A stretch of DNA of 24,000 nucleotides from Desulfurococcales archaeon (GCA_015521115.1 WAOT01000056.1:1-24000); one strand, 5' to 3'. Positions 17,536-24,000 are shown, counted from the first letter of the stretch. A program made the numbers and translations. Notes: a model not told the origin generated them from the sequence alone.

Positions 17536-18696
17536 TCAAATTGTGGACAAGATTACCGCCGCCGCAGTGTAGGTCGGGGGCCCCCTCCAGCTCGCCACCA
17601 TCACCCTCTCGGGCTCGTTCGTTGGGTACTCTGTGGCCCCCATGAGCTGGAGGTAGGCCTCTAAGAGGCGGGCTCCCCCGGTCGCCTCCAGCATCACACC
17701 AATACTCTGGCTCCCCCCGCTAGGGTTTACTGGTAGAGCGCTGTTGTAGTCTAGGTCTCCGTTCTCCAGCATCTTCACAGCTTCCCCCTCCTTAGCGAAG
17801 CCCATCTCCTCTAGGAATAATGGCTCGAGGAAGGCGAAGCCGTCCTCTATCTCGAGGGAGTCGATATCCCTTGGTGAGAGGCCTGCCATGTTGAACGCCA
17901 TGTCAGCGGCAGCCTTGGCAGCAGGCATCCTTCCGAATGTGTGTAGGAACACGCTACCCGTCCCCACCTCGGTAGCGTATCCTACCCCCTCGACCCACAC
18001 TGGGGTGTCTGTCACTCTCCTAGCTACATCCTCTGACGCGAGCACGAACACGACAGCACCGTCAGCGTACGAAGCTGTCTCAAGCCTCCTAATAGGCCAC
18101 ATACTGTACCCGCTCTCCACAACATCCTCAAGCGTTATGCGGGCAGCGTAGCTGGCCCTCGGGTTTAGGAGGCCGTTCCTCCTGTTCTTCACGCTCACAA
18201 GCCCTATCAGATCCCTATCAACACCCGTCCTCATGAGGTAGGCGTGCATGTCTAGGGCAGCGAGGAATAGGGGGTTACCCGGCTTTAGGGGCCTAATGTA
18301 GAGGGGGTCGAGGGCTAGCTCGTATATCCCTTGGAGCGTCTCAATATCGCTCTGCTTCGAGTGGGACTCGACGGCAACCACGTCGAAGGCCCCGCTACGT
18401 ATCATCATGACGGCCTGGGCAACGCCCTGTAGGAGGTCTCCTGCGACGGTGAAGGTAGGCCTTAACACACCGCCCAATGGTTCTGGCGCGAACTCGTCAG
18501 CTATCGCTATACCCTCCCAATAGTCCTCCTGACAGCTAACAAACCCATCGATATCGCTTCTCGGGTCAACACCGGCGTCCTGATAGGCTCTTGTTGCGGC
18601 CTCAAACATCATCTCCCTAAAGGACAGCTCGGGCACGCTTGGCTTGAAACCGTAGTAGCCCGCGCCTATGATGGCTACTCTCCTCAAGGATCCCAT
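17536..18696 (-). CDS. Thiolase-fold protein (second paralog), also lacking the canonical catalytic residues
   Basis: Landmarks: RVAIIGAGYYG, VVAVESHSKQS, VSVKNRRNGLLNP, ASYADGAVVFVL, VNPSGGSQSIGVMLEATG. The expected nucleophile position reads FTVAGDLLQG. A GGGGAGG Shine-Dalgarno-like sequence sits just upstream of the ATG at 18696. Confidence 0.85.
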   Translation of the reverse strand: MGSLRRVAIIGAGYYGFKPSVPELSFREMMFEAATRAYQDAGVDPRSDIDGFVSCQEDYWEGIAIADEFAPEPLGGVLRPTFTVAGDLLQGVAQAVMMIRSGAFDVVAVESHSKQSDIETLQGIYELALDPLYIRPLKPGNPLFLAALDMHAYLMRTGVDRDLIGLVSVKNRRNGLLNPRASYAARITLEDVVESGYSMWPIRRLETASYADGAVVFVLASEDVARRVTDTPVWVEGVGYATEVGTGSVFLHTFGRMPAAKAAADMAFNMAGLSPRDIDSLEIEDGFAFLEPLFLEEMGFAKEGEAVKMLENGDLDYNSALPVNPSGGSQSIGVMLEATGGARLLEAYLQLMGATEYPTNEPERVMVASWRGPPTYTAAAVILSTI

Positions 18697-18812
18697 GCCT
18701 CCCCGCTAGGGCACCGCAGCCCAGCCTGCAGGCCGGGCCGCGCTGCCGTGGGGTATGGGTGGGAGGAGTGTTGGGATAACTGGTTTGTCCGTGGAAAAAC
18801 ATATACGGAATT

Positions 18813-20069
18813 TTAGAGTCGGCGGGCAGCGAGCACGATGACTATAGCGGCAACTATCACGCCTACGACGATACCGGCGTATAGTAGCATCTCCCTCTTC
18901 CCGGAGCTTAGCGTCTTAGCTACGTCCTCGGGTAGGCTTACCACAGGCTTGGTCGGGCTCTTCCCTTTCTCCACCTGGACGGTAGCGTTTAGCCCGGAGC
19001 TCTTGAGCTGGCTGCTGAGCCAGGTTTTCAGCTCGTCAACCGTCTTGCTCGGGTCACTCTTGTATACTACCCTAGGGTACACGATGACTAGTGTATTGTT
19101 CTCCGGGTAGGCCTTAATGGTGGCGTATGTCGGGAGCTTTAGCTTGTAGTCCTCCTCCGTTAGCTCCATTATGAAGGAGGGTGTGGCCTCGGTGGGCATC
19201 GAGGATATTGTTGGAATTAGGGTTTGGAGGACGTCTGGCGACTTTGTAGCGTTCGCAACGTCGCCCTTAACCACGAACTTGAACGTAACGTTAATGAAGT
19301 ATACCTTGCCATAGGCCAACGTGCCATTTATAAAGCCGCTGTCTATCCACAGGTTCTTGCTCGCCATACTCTTAAAGTCAATGTTTAGACCCAGGTTACC
19401 GATGTTAGACTCGAAGTCGCTGAGGGGGTCGTAGGTAGCCCTGCTCTCATACTTTAAGTGTATCTTGACCTCGTTGTCTCCCACCTTCTCAACGTCTTTC
19501 TCAATAATCTTGAACATGGAGGTCGAGTTCAGCACGTTCACGTACTGGTAGAGTGTATCAATTATGCCCGTATCCCCTTTAACAACCTTGAAATCGTAAT
19601 CAATCGTTGCTGTGACGTTTCCAGTCTGCTCATTGTACTCATAGACACCTTTAGACTTGGCCTCGTAAACCGTTGTCTCGTTGCTGAAGTAGCTCTTCCC
19701 GTCATACTCGAGCCTGTTCTTCTCCCCGCTCAACTTCGTGTCGAAGGACGCCTTAGTCGTTGAGGGTAAGGCCCAAGGGGACTTCCAGGAAGCGTTATAG
19801 CGGACGTATACGGAGGCAGAATCGTTGGAGAGTGCAACGGCAAGTTCGAAAGCCTTCACGTTAAGGTCTAGAGACTCTGAGAGGTTCTCCGAGACCAGCT
19901 TAACGAATGGTTGGGCAGAGTTATCATCATAGTATATGATTTTGGCGACCGCCACGTTAAAATCCTGGGCCCCCAAGGCAGATATCATTGGCGCGGGGAG
20001 GAGGAGTAGGAGGATCATTAAAGTGGACACGACCTTGTTAACCCTCCTCGCAGCGGCCACAGTGTTCAC
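18813..20069 (-). CDS. Membrane-anchored extracellular glycoprotein (signal peptide + C-terminal TM anchor), function unknown
   Basis: The ORF starts at GTG. The N-terminal signal is VVSTLMILLLLLPAPMISALGA. The C-terminal anchor LLYAGIVVGVIVAAIVIVLAARRL carries a basic tail. There are many N-x-S/T sequons (NLS, NDS, NAS, NET, NVT, NST, NGT, NAT, NNT), as in crenarchaeal surface proteins. An A/T-rich box lies about 25 nt upstream of the start on the minus strand. Confidence 0.7.
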   Translation of the reverse strand: MNTVAAARRVNKVVSTLMILLLLLPAPMISALGAQDFNVAVAKIIYYDDNSAQPFVKLVSENLSESLDLNVKAFELAVALSNDSASVYVRYNASWKSPWALPSTTKASFDTKLSGEKNRLEYDGKSYFSNETTVYEAKSKGVYEYNEQTGNVTATIDYDFKVVKGDTGIIDTLYQYVNVLNSTSMFKIIEKDVEKVGDNEVKIHLKYESRATYDPLSDFESNIGNLGLNIDFKSMASKNLWIDSGFINGTLAYGKVYFINVTFKFVVKGDVANATKSPDVLQTLIPTISSMPTEATPSFIMELTEEDYKLKLPTYATIKAYPENNTLVIVYPRVVYKSDPSKTVDELKTWLSSQLKSSGLNATVQVEKGKSPTKPVVSLPEDVAKTLSSGKREMLLYAGIVVGVIVAAIVIVLAARRL

Positions 20070-20126
20070 CTCAATTCAAGCTACTCTATTGTTTTTATCC
20101 TAAACCTATAAGTCTTAAGCTCTTTA

Positions 20127-20492
20127 ATGCACCCCGTAACACACCAGCTTTTCAGGTGCAGTGGCATGGCGGGCTACGGGGTTAACCCCATCGAGACGTG
20201 GTTCCATGAGAGGAGGCAGAAGAACATCCACATGAGCTACAACGAGATACTAGAGGCTGTGAGGCTCGCCGTGATTGCTGAGCTGGACACAATAAACTAC
20301 TACGAGCAGGTGGCGAACGCGACCAGGGACGAACAGGTGAAGAGGGTCTTCATGGACGTCATAAAGGAGAAGACGAAGCTCATCGGAGTATTCCTGGCAC
20401 TGCTCTCCAGGCTCGACCCCCAGTTCAGCAGACTCTATAGGGAGGGTATCAAGACCGTTGAGGAGAGGCTCGCCATCAAGGTTGAACTCTAG
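20127..20492 (+). CDS. Small ferritin-like / encapsulated-ferritin-like (rubrerythrin-fold) protein, metal site apparently degenerate
   Basis: The core LEAVRLAVIAELDTINYYEQVANATRDEQVKRVFMDVIKEKTKLIGVFLALLSRLDPQF is collinear with my recollection of EncFtn/Flp-type proteins (..EE.A...Y.Q.A....D......L..I..EE..H...F..LL...DP.F). The start is uncertain: ATG at 20127, 20166 or 20232. Confidence 0.55.
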   Translation: MHPVTHQLFRCSGMAGYGVNPIETWFHERRQKNIHMSYNEILEAVRLAVIAELDTINYYEQVANATRDEQVKRVFMDVIKEKTKLIGVFLALLSRLDPQFSRLYREGIKTVEERLAIKVEL

Positions 20493-20615
20493 TTGCCAAA
20501 TAAAAACTATGCTCACAAAATGTGAGCACAGCTTATAACCCTCAGTCAACAATAGAGTAATGCAGAAAGAAGGATATAAACAATGATAAGATATAATATA
20601 ACGTAATAGTAAAAA

Positions 20616-20625
20616 CTATAAATAA
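20616..20625 (+). promoter_or_regulatory. TATA box (CTATAAATAA) for the 20628 gene
   Basis: The strong TATA-like box is centred about 27 nt upstream of an in-frame TTG at 20649. That geometry fits a leaderless start better than the GTG at 20628, which is only about 5 nt from the box. Confidence 0.45.
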
Positions 20626-20627
20626 GG

Positions 20628-21230
20628 GTGAGGAACGGGGTGCATATATTGCATAGTAAAATTATTTCCAGGAGAGCAGTACTTACAATATTCCTAATCA
20701 TTATCTACACAATAGTAGCCGCCAAGGTCTATATAGGTGGAGTAAACTACCTATCAACATACTACAATATCATCGACAGACCAGAACCAGATGTACCACT
20801 CAAAAACATTGTTGCCGCGGTATCTAGCGCTGAAAACATCGGCCATATCAGGGTACATGGAAATATCGAAATGCTCCGGATGGACTCGGCCACCGTACCT
20901 AAGGTAGGGGACACGGTTGTAATAATCCAGAATGGCCGGTGGAGCACCAATAAGACAGGTGTTATCCTATCCCCAGAAACGGTTCAGTGTATGATAAGAA
21001 ACTCAAGAAACGCTGAAGTTGAGGGGGTAGCCCTATATTGGTATGTGCCCGGTCAAGGCTGGGTTAAGGTGGTACTTGCAGAAGACATCACGCTGCACGG
21101 AGCTTCTAACATCAATAAGTGCCTGGGGGCTCTAGCTCACGGTTCAGATGCTAGGAACCTCTTAGGATACAACGGTTCCCAGCATGAAGGCGGTATTGAA
21201 ATAAGTCTACACCTAGTCGGCGGGAGGTGA
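20628..21230 (+). CDS. Hypothetical signal-anchored protein in an AT-rich islet
   Basis: The N-terminal TM segment is AVLTIFLIIIYTIVAAKVYIGG, followed by a soluble domain of about 160 aa. I recognised no family. Codon and base composition are visibly more A/T-rich than in neighbouring genes. The likely true start is the TTG at 20649. Confidence 0.5.
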   Translation: MRNGVHILHSKIISRRAVLTIFLIIIYTIVAAKVYIGGVNYLSTYYNIIDRPEPDVPLKNIVAAVSSAENIGHIRVHGNIEMLRMDSATVPKVGDTVVIIQNGRWSTNKTGVILSPETVQCMIRNSRNAEVEGVALYWYVPGQGWVKVVLAEDITLHGASNINKCLGALAHGSDARNLLGYNGSQHEGGIEISLHLVGGR

Positions 21231-21322
21231 TTAAGTAGAAAACAAACACTTGGACACGCACAAGTCCGACGCCTGACAGCTATAACCCCGCAACCTACCA
21301 CAACAATACTGAGGGACGGGGC

Positions 21323-21883
21323 TTGACACTCTCAACGACCGCAACCGTAACGATAGTAGCGGCTGACCTCGTAAGCGCAGTACTACTTCTATACATAGCC
21401 TTGAGGCTGCTGAGAGCCCTGTCCCTCATAGGTTCCGTCATAGACCCGGCCCTAGGCATGACCCTACTGGCGTTATCCCAGCTGGCAGCCGCCCTCACAG
21501 TGGTGGTAGAGGAGCAAACACTAACATACACCCTATACACTTTAACAGGCCCCTTACTTGCTGGGGGGTTCTTCCTCATCGCTACACCTCAAAAGCCTGC
21601 ACAACCACGAGCCCGTGAGCATGCCCTCCTTATCCCACCCGCACTACTAGTCGCGGCCATCGGGGATCTAGTCGGCCTTCTAGCGGGTGTGTTGAGTGCA
21701 CTCAGGTATAGGGGCGTCGCGAGGGTAGTCTCCTTATTGGTAGTGGTGGGTTTCGCACTAAGAATAGCCGGTCTAAGCCTCTTACCATCGCCGCCGGGAG
21801 TGCTATCACTAGTCCTGGGGGAGGTGGTGAGGAGCTCCGCACTGGTTGTGCTCTCATTAGCTTACGCGCCTGTGAGGGGGTGA
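21323..21883 (+). CDS. Polytopic membrane protein (5-6 predicted TM helices), function unknown
   Basis: The ORF starts at TTG. It is rich in L/A/V/G hydrophobic stretches (VTIVAADLVSAVLLLYIAL, LLALSQLAAALTVVV, GPLLAGGFFLIA, LLVAAIGDLVGLLAGVL, VVSLLVVVGFAL, VLSLVLGEVV). It ends 9 nt before the wHTH gene. Confidence 0.5.
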   Translation: MTLSTTATVTIVAADLVSAVLLLYIALRLLRALSLIGSVIDPALGMTLLALSQLAAALTVVVEEQTLTYTLYTLTGPLLAGGFFLIATPQKPAQPRAREHALLIPPALLVAAIGDLVGLLAGVLSALRYRGVARVVSLLVVVGFALRIAGLSLLPSPPGVLSLVLGEVVRSSALVVLSLAYAPVRG

Positions 21884-21892
21884 TCCCCGAGG

Positions 21893-22177
21893 TTGCCTAG
21901 GAAGAGGAGTAGACTGTTCATAATAATGGAGATCCTCGAGGCGTTAAACGATGCACCCATGACCCCAACAAGGTTAGCTACTGTTGTGAACCTGCCATAC
22001 GACAGGATGAGGCGAATCATAAAAGATCTCGAGGAGAGGGGTCTCATTGAGAGGCTGCGCCGCGAGAACTCTCCGAGCGTCACTTACCTCGCCATCACGG
22101 ATAGGGGTGTAAAGCTTCTGAGGGAATTGAGGAAGCTTAAGAAGCTCTTAAACGATTTCGACCTAGACATTATCTAG
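21893..22177 (+). CDS. Small winged-helix transcriptional regulator (COG3432-like)
   Basis: This 94-aa protein reads KRSRLFIIMEILEALNDAPMTPTRLATVVNLPYDRMRRIIKDLEERGLIERL...YLAITDRGVKLLRELRKL. That matches the archaeal stand-alone wHTH pattern. The start is TTG. Confidence 0.75.
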   Translation: MPRKRSRLFIIMEILEALNDAPMTPTRLATVVNLPYDRMRRIIKDLEERGLIERLRRENSPSVTYLAITDRGVKLLRELRKLKKLLNDFDLDII

Positions 22178-22412
22178 GCCATCGGCGGGAAAACACGATT
22201 GCCAAGGCAAGTATAAAAAGTAGAAACAGGAGGAGGATCACCAGCAGCCGAATGACAAGCGGTAGGAGGGCGAATACTAGGGCGAATATGAAGCCTGAGA
22301 ATATTTTCTCGTCTGTTGGCCCCCTACGTATTAGGTAGCCGAATATGAAGCCAATGATTAAGAGTATTACCATAAGATTCATTACTGATATCCCCTCACA
22401 GTGAGGGGTCAT
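22170..22412 (-). CDS. Small hydrophobic membrane protein (80 aa), hypothetical
   Basis: The ATG is at 22412. There are two or three TM-like segments (LMVILLIIGFIFGYLI, FIFALVFALLPLVIRLLVILLLFLLFILALAIVF). The 3' end overlaps the wHTH gene convergently by 8 nt. No homology was recognised, so it could be spurious. Confidence 0.4.
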   Translation of the reverse strand: MTPHCEGISVMNLMVILLIIGFIFGYLIRRGPTDEKIFSGFIFALVFALLPLVIRLLVILLLFLLFILALAIVFSRRWPR

Positions 22413-22515
22413 GGCCTCAAGATATAAACCCTTCGCACAACATAGTAGTATATTTCAGAGGCCGCCCCCAACGTATACGGCGGCCTTATTCCCTCAAACT
22501 TGCGGGGTGCGAGTG

Positions 22516-24000
22516 ATGTCATTGAAGAAGGCCCCCCGGAGAAGGGCTAGGAGGGGGCAGAGCGAGGTCATCGGCGGCCTAATAGTGCTAACACTCCTAT
22601 TCGCCTTCGCAGTCCCCATGCTCATAAACACCTATAACACTACAGTCCAGATGGGGACAACAGTCCAGCAGAGCCTCCAACAGGAGAAGACAGCCTACAA
22701 CGAGAAGATAGAGATACACCCCCTGGATCCTAATAATGAGGCCTTCATCAGGGCAGGGTGGATCCCAGGGGTATTCATAAACAATACCGGGACAGTGACA
22801 GTCACACTCGAGAAGCTCATACTCCTAAACAAGCTAAACAACAGCATCTTCAGAGTATACGACCTTAGATATGCGAGGGACAACCTGCCGGACATAGACG
22901 TCATGCTAATGGATGTTGACATCGTAGGAGGAGCGGTGCAACAGCCACCGCCGCCGGGCAACCCCATAACCCTCAAACCGGGAGAAAACCTACTAGTAGT
23001 GTTCAACGAGTCCATACTCCCGTTCGCATCCCAGCTAGTAGTCCTTGTAGAGTCTGCTAGCGGAGTTATCCACCCAATAGTCGGGGGCGGAGCAGAGCAG
23101 CCACTATACCCCGGCAGACCCGGCGCAGGAGGCGGAGGAGGTGCGGGCCCAGGAGCATGGAGAGGTATCTTCGCGCCCCAGAGCGGGTTCAAGCTAGTGG
23201 GGGCGTACCAGCTGGACAAGGCCGGATACGCCCACGCATGGACACCGCCACTCCACGTCTACCCGGAGGTCAGGAACTGGTGGTGGTGGGAGCTCGGTGC
23301 TTTCAGCTATCAGACCAGCTTCATCTATAATGACCCCGAGTACCCAGGGCTCTACTACCTCTACATAATACCCGATGAGACTGTGAGGATCGTCGCCCAA
23401 GGCTCTTACGGAGGCTGCGGCAACTTCTACTACACAGTATACTCTGGCTATATTATCCAGGTCAGGGGTTACGTGGGAACATATGATACGGGAGGAGATG
23501 GCACCTACTTCAACGGCTGGGCTTACGAGGTTAGGATATACAACCCATATGGCGGCCTTGTGGCCAGGTTCTCGTGCTCTAACACTCGAGACCTTGGGGC
23601 TAAAGGCGTGACGTGGACTGACTTCGACGGTAACGGTGTGAATGAGGTGACCATGTATAGCTACCTGAACGGCCCCAACGTCGGCACATCCACTGATGTA
23701 GACGCTGACAGTGACGGGGACGTGTACAACGACTCCGTGGTATGGACTTACATGGTGAGCAGGGACATAAGCGGGGTGGACTTCATCAAGATCACCGCCA
23801 AAGTGAACTACTACTGGACTACCGTGTTCTCCAGCAGCACTGGCTGCCCAGACTGGGAGTATAGGCACCTTAAGACGTTCGCAGTGGTCGTATGGCAGTA
23901 TAACAACGCAACCGGCACCTGGGAGGTCTACCACTTCCTCGACTACACCTACACCTCTGACAAGCCAAAGCAGTACCAGCCGGTTATAACGTTCCCCGTA
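22516..24000 (+). CDS. Large type IV pilin-like (class III signal peptide) secreted/surface protein, 3'-truncated by window end; NOT in the supplied ORF track
   Basis: I translated 22516-24000 codon by codon and found 495 sense codons with no stop, open to the window edge. The N-terminus is MSLKKAPRRRARRG|QSEVIGGLIVLTLLFAFAVPML: basic residues, then Gly, then a hydrophobic helix, which is an archaeal prepilin-peptidase-type signal. A beta-rich domain follows, then a Gly-rich linker PGRPGAGGGGGAGPGAW, then a Tyr/Trp-rich domain with WWWW (23278-23289) and Asp-rich loops DFDGNGVNE (23620-23646) and DVDADSDGDVYND (23695-23733). Confidence 0.8.
   Translation, partial: MSLKKAPRRRARRGQSEVIGGLIVLTLLFAFAVPMLINTYNTTVQMGTTVQQSLQQEKTAYNEKIEIHPLDPNNEAFIRAGWIPGVFINNTGTVTVTLEKLILLNKLNNSIFRVYDLRYARDNLPDIDVMLMDVDIVGGAVQQPPPPGNPITLKPGENLLVVFNESILPFASQLVVLVESASGVIHPIVGGGAEQPLYPGRPGAGGGGGAGPGAWRGIFAPQSGFKLVGAYQLDKAGYAHAWTPPLHVYPEVRNWWWWELGAFSYQTSFIYNDPEYPGLYYLYIIPDETVRIVAQGSYGGCGNFYYTVYSGYIIQVRGYVGTYDTGGDGTYFNGWAYEVRIYNPYGGLVARFSCSNTRDLGAKGVTWTDFDGNGVNEVTMYSYLNGPNVGTSTDVDADSDGDVYNDSVVWTYMVSRDISGVDFIKITAKVNYYWTTVFSSSTGCPDWEYRHLKTFAVVVWQYNNATGTWEVYHFLDYTYTSDKPKQYQPVITFPV

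Noticed and set aside
15330-18696. Interpreting the operon as the archaeal mevalonate-pathway thiolase/HMG-CoA synthase/DUF35 complex
   Set aside because: Neither large protein shows HMG-CoA synthase features (about 350 aa, an E-F-A-C-K-type nucleophile motif). Both resemble SCP-x-type thiolases instead, and both lack the nucleophile Cys.
18838-19763. Plus-strand ORFs (90 and 101 aa) inside the surface glycoprotein gene
   Set aside because: They are antisense shadows. The minus-strand product has a coherent signal peptide, sequons and a C-terminal anchor.
22392-22408. Perfect 8-bp-arm palindrome CCCCTCAC-A-GTGAGGGG at the 5' end of the 80-aa minus-strand ORF
   Set aside because: A single 8-bp palindrome is within chance expectation for 24 kb, and there is no second copy or supporting context.
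22695-23219. Track ORF, minus strand, 174 aa
   Set aside because: The translation is low-complexity P/G/S/T-rich (PPPPAPGLPGYSGCSAPPP...). It lies antisense to an uninterrupted 495-codon plus-strand frame with a clear class III signal peptide, so it is a shadow ORF.
23194-23934. Track ORF, minus strand, 246 aa
   Set aside because: The same reasoning applies: it is antisense to the pilin-like gene, it has no recognisable motifs, and it has an odd H/V/P-rich composition.

Overview
This 24-kb chromosomal window has the hallmarks of a hyperthermophilic crenarchaeon (Thermoproteota). By eye it is moderately GC-rich with AGG/ATA/CTA-rich codon usage. A/T-rich TATA boxes sit about 26 nt upstream of frequently GTG/TTG, often leaderless, starts. 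Long antisense shadow ORFs are common. Marker genes are Cdc48, GTP cyclohydrolase III, thiolase/DUF35 genes and a class III signal peptide. I did not identify the species. Left to right, the window holds a membrane/exported/ABC-ATPase trio, PfpI, and a CYTH protein. Next is an IS607-family element (serine-recombinase tnpA plus a tnpB broken by one in-frame TGA) inserted about 10 nt from the cdc48 stop. Then come Cdc48, ribH plus GTP cyclohydrolase III, a HIT protein, a small-export membrane protein, an SQR-like flavoprotein with DUF1641, Nnr, and a Cys-containing orphan. After these are a solitary Mrr-type nuclease fused to a wHTH, a four-gene operon of two thiolase-fold and two DUF35 proteins, and a glycosylated surface protein. 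The right end is an accessory-looking region: a ferritin-like protein, an AT-rich islet, membrane proteins and a small wHTH regulator. It finishes with a 495+-codon plus-strand gene running off the window that is absent from the ORF track and encodes a giant type IV pilin-like protein. I saw no rRNA, tRNA or CRISPR array. The main candidates for novelty are the pilin-like surface locus, the thiolase/DUF35 operon whose thiolase-fold proteins appear to lack all canonical catalytic residues, the Mrr-wHTH nuclease, and two GC-rich structured intergenic elements flanking the riboflavin genes. All homology calls come from motif recognition by eye; no searches were run.
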